A DNA stretch of 32,000 bases. It comes from Candidatus Saccharimonadota bacterium. GTDB lineage: Bacteria; Patescibacteriota; Saccharimonadia; Saccharimonadales; Saccharimonadaceae. Made by a program: the position numbers and the translations under genes. Below the pieces are notes generated by a model. The model was given only the letters and a program-made list of their open reading frames with translations. It made no database searches and was not told the origin of the DNA. The stretch spans positions 660,001 to 692,000 of the forward strand of contig JBAQRV010000001.1 of NCBI GenBank assembly GCA_049296095.1. The letters are read 5' to 3'. Every line of letters starts with the position of its first letter. The first letter of the stretch is position 1. Below, one piece after another: positions 1 through 7,417 of the stretch.

Positions 1-828
1 GGGGTAACTATTTACGACGACGATAAAACGACATTGGAGCCGCTGAGTAATTTTGTGAACGACGGCGCTGGGCTGCAACTGACCATTACACGAGCAACCA
101 CGATTATACTCGATCTTTATGGCAAGCGAACAGAGGTTCGGACGTTGGCCAAAACGGTGAGGGATATGTTAGACGAAAAGGATATTGTGCTCGGTGAGAA
201 GGGGCGCGTGTCGGTGCCAGTAACAACGCCAATTTCTCAAGGTATGGAAGTGCGGGTCTGGCGTGAGGGCGTTCAGACTATTTCGGTCGATCAGGAGATC
301 CCTTTTAGTAACCAGATCGTCTACGATGCGGACCGACCGCTGGGTTATCGTACAACTCAAAGCAAGGGTGAGCCAGGCCTCCGAAGTATCACCTATGAAA
401 TTGAGATTAAGGATGGAGTTGAGGTTTCGAGGGTCGAGATTGCGAATATTGTGACTCGAAATGCGGTTTCGCAAACTGAAATTATTGGACTTCGCAACGA
501 TGGCGGTGGCTTAACCGCAGCTAAGGGTGCTCAGTACTATACGGACAGTAACGGCGTTTCCCATCGGGAAACCTATTATGATTTGAATATGAATGTCGTG
601 ATGCGTAGTTGTGGTCAGGGTGGCTATTATACGGTGCGGCCTGACGGTGCCAAGGTAGATGCCCAGGGCTATATCATTGTGGCAGCAAACTATTCAAACT
701 ATCCGAAGTGTTCCGTGGTAGAGACGAGCCTAGGACCGGGAAAAGTCTATGATACTGGTGGCTTTGCAGCGCGCCATCCATTTGGATTCGACCTGGCGAC
801 CGACTGGACGCGAGCCGACGGTATCTAA
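1..828 (+). CDS. DUF348/G5-domain cell-wall protein with C-terminal 3D (YabE/MltA-like) domain; 5' end runs off the window
   Basis: Frame 1 is open from base 1 (GVTIYDDDKTT precedes the listed Met at 34). It has a G5-like block ITYEIEIKDGVEVSRVEI. The C-terminal GYIIVAANYSNYPKCSVVETSLGPGKVYDTGGF resembles 3D domains of YabE-type proteins. Paralog of 29336..30514. Confidence 0.8.
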   Translation, partial: GVTIYDDDKTTLEPLSNFVNDGAGLQLTITRATTIILDLYGKRTEVRTLAKTVRDMLDEKDIVLGEKGRVSVPVTTPISQGMEVRVWREGVQTISVDQEIPFSNQIVYDADRPLGYRTTQSKGEPGLRSITYEIEIKDGVEVSRVEIANIVTRNAVSQTEIIGLRNDGGGLTAAKGAQYYTDSNGVSHRETYYDLNMNVVMRSCGQGGYYTVRPDGAKVDAQGYIIVAANYSNYPKCSVVETSLGPGKVYDTGGFAARHPFGFDLATDWTRADGI

Positions 829-861
829 CGTGTATCTCGCTCTGTTCCACGAAGGTGCTTA

Positions 862-870
862 TGCTATATT
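862..870 (+). promoter_or_regulatory. Extended -10 box TGcTATATT, 6 nt upstream of the esterase ATG (leaderless geometry)
   Basis: The sequence tgctatatt is followed by taatgt and then ATG at 877. There is no SD-like purine run in between. Confidence 0.4.
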
Positions 871-876
871 TAATGT

Positions 877-1926
877 ATGAAGAAAACAAAAAAGTCTCAG
901 CGAGTGCCATTTTTTAAACGCAAACCATTTTTGTGGACAGTTGGTATTATTCTCGGGATTATCCTTGTCGTCGTAGTAGCCTTTAGGGTGAGCCCATTTC
1001 CTGGTGCTTTTGTGATTCGGGCTGTCTTTGATCAAGATGCGCAAAAGAAATTGGTCGCTCTCGAGGCACATAAGCCATCGACGCTCATTACAGTTTTAAA
1101 AGATCAGCAATACAGTGAGGGCGATAATGATGCTAAACTTGATGTCTATATCCCTCAGGCAAAGGTCGCCGATGGCGCAAAGTTGCCGATCATTATTTGG
1201 ACCCACGGTGGCGCCTGGATATCGGGCGATAAGGCAAATGCTGGCCCATACTTCGAACTGTTGGCTGAAAAGGGATTCGTTGTTGTGTCAGTGAATTACA
1301 CGCTGGCGCCAAACAAGACCTATCCAACTCAAATTCATCAGTTGAACGCAGCGCATGCATATATTAAGGCTCATGCTGAGAGCTTTTATGGTGATCCAAA
1401 TAAGATTATTCTCGCCGGGGATTCGGCTGGAGCACAGCTATCGAGTCAGATGGCGACGATTATTACTAATCCGTCGTATGCAACCGAAGTGGGGGTGGTG
1501 CCTTCGCTTGCGAAGTCGGATCTAGCGGCGGTTGTCTTATTCTGTGGCATATACAAAATGGAAGGATTGACCCATCCTGAGGAGAATCTCTCCAAACTTA
1601 TTAGTTGGGGCGATGATGTGACGGTGTGGTCGTATACAGGCTCAAGGGATAAGAATGCACCATCAATTCGTCAGATGTCTGCCTATTATCATGTTGATAG
1701 TAACTTCCCAAAGACCTTTATTAGTGGGGGCAATAACGATCCATTGACGGATGTGCAATCAAAGCCTATGGCCGATAAGCTGACCTCACTGGGCGTAGAG
1801 GTGACGAGCTTGTTTTATCCAGCTGACCATCAGCCAGCTTTGCCGCATGAATATCAGTTCAATCTCGATAATGACGATGGTATGAACGCACTCATGCAAG
1901 TACAGGATTTTGTCGCTGGGCTGTAG
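877..1926 (+). CDS. Membrane-anchored alpha/beta hydrolase, hormone-sensitive-lipase-type esterase/lipase family
   Basis: N-terminal TM segment (FLWTVGIILGIILVVVVAF), oxyanion motif HGGAW, nucleophile elbow GDSAGA, and later acidic and His residues (NNDPLTD, PADHQ). Confidence 0.8.
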   Translation: MKKTKKSQRVPFFKRKPFLWTVGIILGIILVVVVAFRVSPFPGAFVIRAVFDQDAQKKLVALEAHKPSTLITVLKDQQYSEGDNDAKLDVYIPQAKVADGAKLPIIIWTHGGAWISGDKANAGPYFELLAEKGFVVVSVNYTLAPNKTYPTQIHQLNAAHAYIKAHAESFYGDPNKIILAGDSAGAQLSSQMATIITNPSYATEVGVVPSLAKSDLAAVVLFCGIYKMEGLTHPEENLSKLISWGDDVTVWSYTGSRDKNAPSIRQMSAYYHVDSNFPKTFISGGNNDPLTDVQSKPMADKLTSLGVEVTSLFYPADHQPALPHEYQFNLDNDDGMNALMQVQDFVAGL

Positions 1927-1929
1927 GCC

Positions 1930-2691
1930 CTAGTTGAAGCGCTCTGTTTTGATCGAAGATAATGGAATGCCAATCGTCTGTAGGGCATCATTGACGGCGC
2001 TGACAAATCGACTCATGCCACAAACATAGACAATTGGAGAACTCGGATAACCAGCAATAATGTTCTGTAGTAATGGGACAGAGATCCGGCCTGTTTCACC
2101 AGTCCAATCCTTTGGTGCGCTGGTCGTGAGTGTGATGGTGACAGAGGGATTATCGAGGAGGATGTCTTTATAAATGATATCGTCGAACGTATGACTGCTA
2201 TAAATAAGGTGCATGGGTGCGGTAGAGCCTGATCTTTTATGGGCTTCGAGAATTGAAACTAAAGGAATAACCCCAGAGCCACCAGCAATCAACAATACTG
2301 GCTGTTCGTCGGTTTCTCGCCAGACAAAAAAGCGACCGAATGGTCCGCGAATTTCAACTTTATCACCCACAGCGAGCGTCTGATGGATATATGGGGTGAC
2401 TTCGCCATCAGGGACCTCTTGAATTGTCAGACGTAGCGTGTCTTTTGAATCCGTTTCTGGCGCTCCAGAATAGAGGCGAGCTGCTTGATAACCATCCTCG
2501 CCAGTCAGGCGCAGTTCGTAGTGTTGGCCAGCGCGATGAGGCAGGAGATCGGGTGAGGAGAGGATGAGACTTTTCACCTCGGGGGTTTCGGTGATACTAT
2601 CGACAACCGTTGCCTCGATCCATTGAATCGGACTAGTAGTCATCGCTGTACCGTTGCTCAAGCCACGGATCACCGTAGTTGTGATAGCCAT
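1930..2691 (-). CDS. Ferredoxin-NADP reductase-like FAD/NAD(P)-binding oxidoreductase (no Fe-S domain)
   Basis: RLYS FAD-binding motif, GDKVEIRGPFG, and NAD-binding LLIAGGSGVIP. The listed start at 2691 has a GGGAAG just upstream but overlaps the upstream gene by 59 nt. An alternative ATG at 2643 overlaps by 11 nt. Confidence 0.75.
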   Translation of the reverse strand: MAITTTVIRGLSNGTAMTTSPIQWIEATVVDSITETPEVKSLILSSPDLLPHRAGQHYELRLTGEDGYQAARLYSGAPETDSKDTLRLTIQEVPDGEVTPYIHQTLAVGDKVEIRGPFGRFFVWRETDEQPVLLIAGGSGVIPLVSILEAHKRSGSTAPMHLIYSSHTFDDIIYKDILLDNPSVTITLTTSAPKDWTGETGRISVPLLQNIIAGYPSSPIVYVCGMSRFVSAVNDALQTIGIPLSSIKTERFN

Positions 2692-3250
2692 TTACTTCCC
2701 AAAAGCCGGGGTGGTCTTCTTTTGTGAAGGTGAGCTGCTTGATCCATTTGGCGCTTTTCCAGAGGTAGAGATGGGGAACGAAGAGGCGGGCGGGACCGCC
2801 ATGATCAGGAGTGAGCGGCTCATCATGGGCTTTGAGCGCAACCATTGCTTGGTTGTTGAGGACATCCTGGATAGGTAAGTTGGTGGTGTAGCCTTCGAAA
2901 GTGGTTGCAATGACGAAATTGGCATCTTTGGTGAGACCGCCAGCTAGTGCGATTAAGTCATCGAGAGAGACGCCCTCCCATTTCATACCAAGTCGGCTCC
3001 AGCGCGTCACACAATGAATATCAGTATTGAGCGTTGTCATGGGAAGTTTTGTGAACTCATCCCAATTAAGAGTGATCTTTTTCTTTACCTCACCATCAAT
3101 AGTGAGGTTCCATGTATCGGTTGGGATATGTGGAGTAGGCGCATAGGATAGAATTGGCCACTGGATAACTTCTGTTTGTCCAGGGGGAAGTGTACGAGGT
3201 CTCTCGTGTTCGTATGACTTGGCTTTAAAACCTTTGTTCACAACTGCCAT
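2633..3250 (-). CDS. Sulfite-oxidase/YedY-like molybdopterin-dependent oxidoreductase catalytic subunit
   Basis: A 205 aa protein with the conserved HCVTRWS block, carrying the molybdopterin-ligand Cys typical of this fold. It sits directly upstream of, and overlaps, the FNR-like partner gene. Confidence 0.7.
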   Translation of the reverse strand: MAVVNKGFKAKSYEHERPRTLPPGQTEVIQWPILSYAPTPHIPTDTWNLTIDGEVKKKITLNWDEFTKLPMTTLNTDIHCVTRWSRLGMKWEGVSLDDLIALAGGLTKDANFVIATTFEGYTTNLPIQDVLNNQAMVALKAHDEPLTPDHGGPARLFVPHLYLWKSAKWIKQLTFTKEDHPGFWEVNGYHNYGDPWLEQRYSDDY

Positions 3251-3303
3251 ATACGTAGTGTATCACCAAGAATATGACGGGGTCAAAGTCGGAGAATGGA
3301 TAC

Positions 3304-4842
3304 CTATTCGGTGATGTCGCGGATGACAGTTATTTGTGCACCGAGGGTATTGAGTCGTTCGGCTAAGTCCTCGTAGCCACGGTTAATCGAGTAAATGTTG
3401 CGCAGTGTCGAGACGCCAGGGGCAGCCAACATACCGAGGAGAATAACAACGGCAGGTCGAAGAGCTGGAGGAGTGACGACCTCAGCTGGCTTCCATTTGG
3501 TCGGACCCTCGATGTAGACACGGTGCGGGTCGAGCAGCTCGATCTTGGCATTGAGTTTAGTGAGCTCGGTCAGGTAGATGGCACGGTTTTCGTATACCCA
3601 GTCGTGAATGAGTGTACGGCCCTTGGCGGTTGCCGCAATAACGGCAAAGAACGGAAGGTTGTCAATATTGAGACCAGGGAAAGGCATTGAGTGAATTTTG
3701 TCGATCGGTGCTTTCAGATCGCTTGGCTTTGTTGTGATGTCTACCAGTCGAGTGTAACCATTCAGGGCCGTGTACTCATCAGACAATTCATACTGGAATC
3801 CCATGTTTTCGAGGAATTTTAGTTCTATTTCGAGGAATTCAATCGGGGCGCGTTCGATAGTAATCTCAGATTTTGTCACGATTGCAGCGGCAATAAAGCT
3901 CATCGCCTCGATTGGGTCCTCAGATGGAGCATATTCAACGTTTTTATTGATATCTTTCTGTCCATGGATAGTCAGTGTCGTTGTGCCGATACCCTCAATC
4001 TTGATACCCAATTTAAGAAGGAAGAAACAAAGATCTTGTACCATGTAGTTTGGGCTAGCGTTGCGGATAACGGTAACGCCGTCGTTCAGTGCCGCTGCCA
4101 TGATAATGTTTTCGGTCACAGTATCACCGCGCTCAGATAGAATGATTGGCCTTTCTGGGTGAATCGGTTTTGAAACTGCTTCGTAGTGACCGGTGACGGT
4201 GTCTACCTTGAGGCCGAAGTATTCCAGGCCACTCAGATGTGGCTCGACGGTCCGTTCACCGAGGGTGCAACCACCAGCATAGGGAATCTCAAACGTTTTG
4301 TGGCGGTGCATGAGTGGTCCGAGGAACATAATGATGCTGCGTGTTTTTCGAGCTGCCTCGACATCCATCGATTCAAGTTTGAGGCGAGCAGGAGGAATAA
4401 TCTCAAGGTCGTTATCGCCAAACCAACGGGTCTTCACACCAATACTATTGAGGACCTCGAGGATACGGTTCACTTCTTCGATGCGAGCGACGTGACGGAG
4501 GACTGTTGTGCCACGGTTGAGGAGTGAGGCACAAAGAAGTGCGACAGCGGCGTTCTTGCTCGTTTTGGTGATGATGTGGCCGGAAAGTTTATGTCCACCT
4601 TCGATACGGAAATTAACTGAACCCGACTGATTGAGGGTGATGATCTGGCTTGACAAAACGTCGCTAATACGCGCTAACATCTCAAGGCTGATATTTTGGC
4701 CGCCTTTTTCAATGCGATTTATGGCGCTTTGACTAGTGTTTAGGGCCTTTGCAAGCTGACTTTGGGTCATGCCGCGGGCCTGTCTCGTCTCTTGTATCAG
4801 AGTGCCAATCTTTGACGTATAGGTTTTTGGTTGCATAACCAT
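3304..4842 (-). CDS. murA: UDP-N-acetylglucosamine 1-carboxyvinyltransferase (MurA) with an N-terminal XRE-type helix-turn-helix domain fusion
   Basis: The first ~70 aa read MTQSQLAKALNTSQSAINRIEKGGQNISLEMLARISDVL, a classic HTH_3 pattern. The rest is MurA-like: TSKNAAV (Lys22 equivalent), GGCTLGERTVEPH (catalytic Cys115 equivalent) and C-terminal INRGYEDLAERLNTLGA. A second Met codon lies at 4836. Confidence 0.85.
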   Translation of the reverse strand: MVMQPKTYTSKIGTLIQETRQARGMTQSQLAKALNTSQSAINRIEKGGQNISLEMLARISDVLSSQIITLNQSGSVNFRIEGGHKLSGHIITKTSKNAAVALLCASLLNRGTTVLRHVARIEEVNRILEVLNSIGVKTRWFGDNDLEIIPPARLKLESMDVEAARKTRSIIMFLGPLMHRHKTFEIPYAGGCTLGERTVEPHLSGLEYFGLKVDTVTGHYEAVSKPIHPERPIILSERGDTVTENIIMAAALNDGVTVIRNASPNYMVQDLCFFLLKLGIKIEGIGTTTLTIHGQKDINKNVEYAPSEDPIEAMSFIAAAIVTKSEITIERAPIEFLEIELKFLENMGFQYELSDEYTALNGYTRLVDITTKPSDLKAPIDKIHSMPFPGLNIDNLPFFAVIAATAKGRTLIHDWVYENRAIYLTELTKLNAKIELLDPHRVYIEGPTKWKPAEVVTPPALRPAVVILLGMLAAPGVSTLRNIYSINRGYEDLAERLNTLGAQITVIRDITE

Positions 4843-4846
4843 AATA

Positions 4847-4866
4847 ATATATCATGGTTGATATAT
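4847..4866. promoter_or_regulatory. Perfect 8-4-8 palindrome ATATATCA-tggt-TGATATAT in the murA/glyA divergent region (candidate operator)
   Basis: Read directly from the sequence. It lies between a minus-strand TTGACT (4872..4867) and TATTAT (4849..4844), immediately upstream of the HTH-MurA start. Confidence 0.35.
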
Positions 4867-4885
4867 AGTCAAGAGGCTATCAGGG

Positions 4886-4894
4886 TGATATAAT
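4886..4894 (+). promoter_or_regulatory. Extended -10 box TGaTATAAT for glyA
   Basis: The sequence tgatataat lies about 22 nt upstream of the ATG, and the SD GGGGAG sits between it and the start. Confidence 0.45.
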
Positions 4895-4915
4895 CAAGGA
4901 AAAGGGGAGAGAACA

Positions 4916-6217
4916 ATGGCAGATCCACAGACTATTACTCATGACGATCAGATCGCGGCGTTTATTAAAGGTGAAGAGGAGCGCGAAAGAGTTGGCCTCG
5001 AGCTCATTCCGAGTGAAAACTATGTCAGCCGAGACGTACTAATTGCTCTCGGGAGTATCTTTACTAATAAGTACTCTGAGGGATATCCTGGACGCCGCTA
5101 TTATGGAGGTCAAGATTTTACCGATCAGGTTGAGCAACTGGCAATTGATCGTGCCAAGCAACTATTCCATGCTGATCATGCCAATGTGCAGCCCCACTCT
5201 GGAGCGCCCGCTAACGAAGCGGTCTATAGTGCTTGGCTGGAACCAGGTGATACGGTCCTTGCTATGGATCTGAGCCATGGTGGTCACTTAACCCATGGTG
5301 CACCAGTGACACGGAGTGCGAAACTGTATAACTTTATCCGCTATAAGATGAAGAATACGGAGACGGGTGAGATTGACTACGAACACCTACGCCTACTCGC
5401 TAAAGAGCATAAGCCAAAGATCATCCTGGCTGGCTTTAGTGCCTACCCACGCGAGCTTGATTTTGATAAGTTTGCTGAGATTGGTAACGAAGTTGGGGCC
5501 TTGTTGATGGCGGACATGGCGCATATTGCCGGATTAATCGCCGGAGGGGTTACTGAGAACCCGCTGGATCATGGTTTCCACGTTATGACGACAACAACCC
5601 ACAAAACCCTCCGCGGACCGCGTGGTGGCCTTATTTTGACCAAGGGGGTGGTAGGAAATCCACTGCGCGCTCCTGAAAAGACGATTGAGAACATCCCAAC
5701 CCTTATTGATCGGGCGATTTTCCCTGGAATGCAGGGTGGTCCGCACATGCATGTGATCGCAGCCAAGGCGGTTGCCTTCCATGAAGCGCTACAGCCTGAA
5801 TTCAAGGATTATGCCGCTCAAGTAGTAAAGAATGCATCGGCGTTGGCAGACGCACTGGTAGCTCGAGGATTCAGCCTGGTGACTGGTGGAACTAGTAATC
5901 ACCTTATCCTAGCTGATGTGCATAAGAGCTTTGGGATTGATGGGAAGGTGGCCGAGAATGCACTTGATGCAATTGGGCTCACCTTGAATGCCAACTCTAT
6001 CCCAGATGATGAGCTGCCACCGTTTCGTCCAAGCGGCATTCGTTTAGGAACTCCAGCCGTGACAACTCGTGGCTTGAAAGAGGAGCATATGGAAAAGCTA
6101 GCTGAGTGGATGAAGCAGGCGATTGATAAGCGTGAGGATGAGGCTGCTTTGGCGAGTCTTCATGAAGAAGTTATCGAGTTTGCTAAGGGTTTCAAGCTGC
6201 CGAGTGATCTAGAGTAG
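4916..6217 (+). CDS. glyA: Serine hydroxymethyltransferase
   Basis: Full-length SHMT pattern: ELIPSENY, YSEGYPGRRYYGG, and the PLP-lysine motif TTTTHKTLRGPRGG. Confidence 0.95.
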   Translation: MADPQTITHDDQIAAFIKGEEERERVGLELIPSENYVSRDVLIALGSIFTNKYSEGYPGRRYYGGQDFTDQVEQLAIDRAKQLFHADHANVQPHSGAPANEAVYSAWLEPGDTVLAMDLSHGGHLTHGAPVTRSAKLYNFIRYKMKNTETGEIDYEHLRLLAKEHKPKIILAGFSAYPRELDFDKFAEIGNEVGALLMADMAHIAGLIAGGVTENPLDHGFHVMTTTTHKTLRGPRGGLILTKGVVGNPLRAPEKTIENIPTLIDRAIFPGMQGGPHMHVIAAKAVAFHEALQPEFKDYAAQVVKNASALADALVARGFSLVTGGTSNHLILADVHKSFGIDGKVAENALDAIGLTLNANSIPDDELPPFRPSGIRLGTPAVTTRGLKEEHMEKLAEWMKQAIDKREDEAALASLHEEVIEFAKGFKLPSDLE

Positions 6218-6234
6218 TATTTTATAGGAATAAG

Positions 6235-6261
6235 AAAAACGCCGCGAGATGCGGCGTTTTT
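6235..6261. terminator. Bidirectional rho-independent terminator between convergent glyA and the pilin gene
   Basis: The sequence aaaaaCGCCGCgagatGCGGCGttttt is a 6-bp GC stem flanked by an A5 run and a T5 run. Confidence 0.8.
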
Positions 6262-6282
6262 AATTTGCTAATGTTGTCTATA

Positions 6283-6804
6283 CTATGCTGCGGTAGGGCA
6301 GGCAGTAGTATCACCGACATCAACAGGGGTGCTGGTGACCGCACCCGTGTTGTAGTCCCAGAACCAGATTTCTAATCCTGAAATCTCTGCCGCGGTATCA
6401 ATTGTCGCTTGCTGATCCGGTGATGGTGTAGCAGCAGCACATTTACGGATAACAACAGTGTTGGTTCCGTTTGATGCGCTTAGCGTAGCAGTACTGGCAG
6501 CGAAGCTCCAGTTTGGATTCGTCGCGCTCATGTAATAAGAGGCTGTCGTTGCTGCACCCGTGAAGTCGGCTGCTGCGAACGGATATTTTCCAGTAGGGCC
6601 GTCAGCTTGGTAGAGCTCAGCCTTTTTTTGTACGGTTGCCGCGGTTGCTTTTGCGCTCGCAGCATTTGCTCGGCTAGTAATACCGTTATAAGAAACAAGT
6701 GTAATAGCGGCCAGGATACCGATAACAACAATCACAATCAAGAGTTCAACGATCGTGAAGCCTTTTTGTGCTTGTAATTTAGCTTTGATGTTATTGAGAC
6801 TCAT
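6283..6804 (-). CDS. Type IV (major-type) pilin-like protein
   Basis: Prepilin signature KG|FTIVELLIVIVVIGILAAI (Gly-1, Phe+1, Glu+5). A C-terminal Cys pair (RKCAAA ... TTACPTAA) is typical of a D-region disulfide. Confidence 0.85.
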   Translation of the reverse strand: MSLNNIKAKLQAQKGFTIVELLIVIVVIGILAAITLVSYNGITSRANAASAKATAATVQKKAELYQADGPTGKYPFAAADFTGAATTASYYMSATNPNWSFAASTATLSASNGTNTVVIRKCAAATPSPDQQATIDTAAEISGLEIWFWDYNTGAVTSTPVDVGDTTACPTAA

Positions 6805-6892
6805 TGTTGAGTTGCCCCCTATTTATAATGTAGTTTATTCTGAGACTAATGTACTACGCTAGCGCAATAAGCGCAAGCTTTTTAGCTCAATT

Positions 6893-7381
6893 TTATGAGG
6901 TCGGGCAAGCGATACCGGACCCCGAATCATTACCAACAGAGACGTAACTATTGGCATTGCCACCGTTGGTGTAGGTCCAGTAATAGACGCGAGTACCCCT
7001 AATATTGTTATTGGTACTGCTGATGTTGGCTTGAGTCGCATTAGGTGTTGTACCGCATTTTAGGAGTTTGACCGTCTTTGGGGTGGTGGGTTGGGTCGCT
7101 CCCAGATCAAACGCCACAGTAGTAGCGTCGATATAATAGGGCTTGCTGTGAGCGCTAGTAAGACTACTAATATCATAGGCGTATGCGCCAGTTTCGGACT
7201 TGAAGCTTTCCAGTTTGCGAGCGACCATGTTAGCCGTGTCCTCGGCGGTAGAATTATTTGCGCGTTGAGTAACGCCACTATAGGACACGATCATAATCGT
7301 GGCGAGGATACCGATGATGACAATCACGATAAGGAGCTCGATGATAGTGAAGCCAGATTTTTTAAGCGTTAGCATGTTCAT
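6893..7381 (-). CDS. Type IV pilin-like protein, tandem paralog of 6283..6804
   Basis: KKSG|FTIIELLIVIVIIGILATI, with the same C-terminal Cys spacing (LLKCGTT ... GIACPTS). The ORF-track start at 7387 is GTG; in-frame ATG codons at 7381 and 7375 are more plausible starts. Confidence 0.85.
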   Translation of the reverse strand: MNMLTLKKSGFTIIELLIVIVIIGILATIMIVSYSGVTQRANNSTAEDTANMVARKLESFKSETGAYAYDISSLTSAHSKPYYIDATTVAFDLGATQPTTPKTVKLLKCGTTPNATQANISSTNNNIRGTRVYYWTYTNGGNANSYVSVGNDSGSGIACPTS

Positions 7382-7417
7382 TATCACTATATAGTACCTT
7401 ATTCTTTAGATGCAAAT

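Noticed and set aside
2633-2691. The 59-nt overlap between the molybdopterin oxidoreductase and the FNR-like gene, considered as evidence of a frameshifted single fusion gene or pseudogene.
   Set aside because: Both proteins appear domain-complete in their own frames, and an alternative downstream ATG at 2643 reduces the overlap to 11 nt. This looks like normal operon coupling rather than a disrupted fusion.
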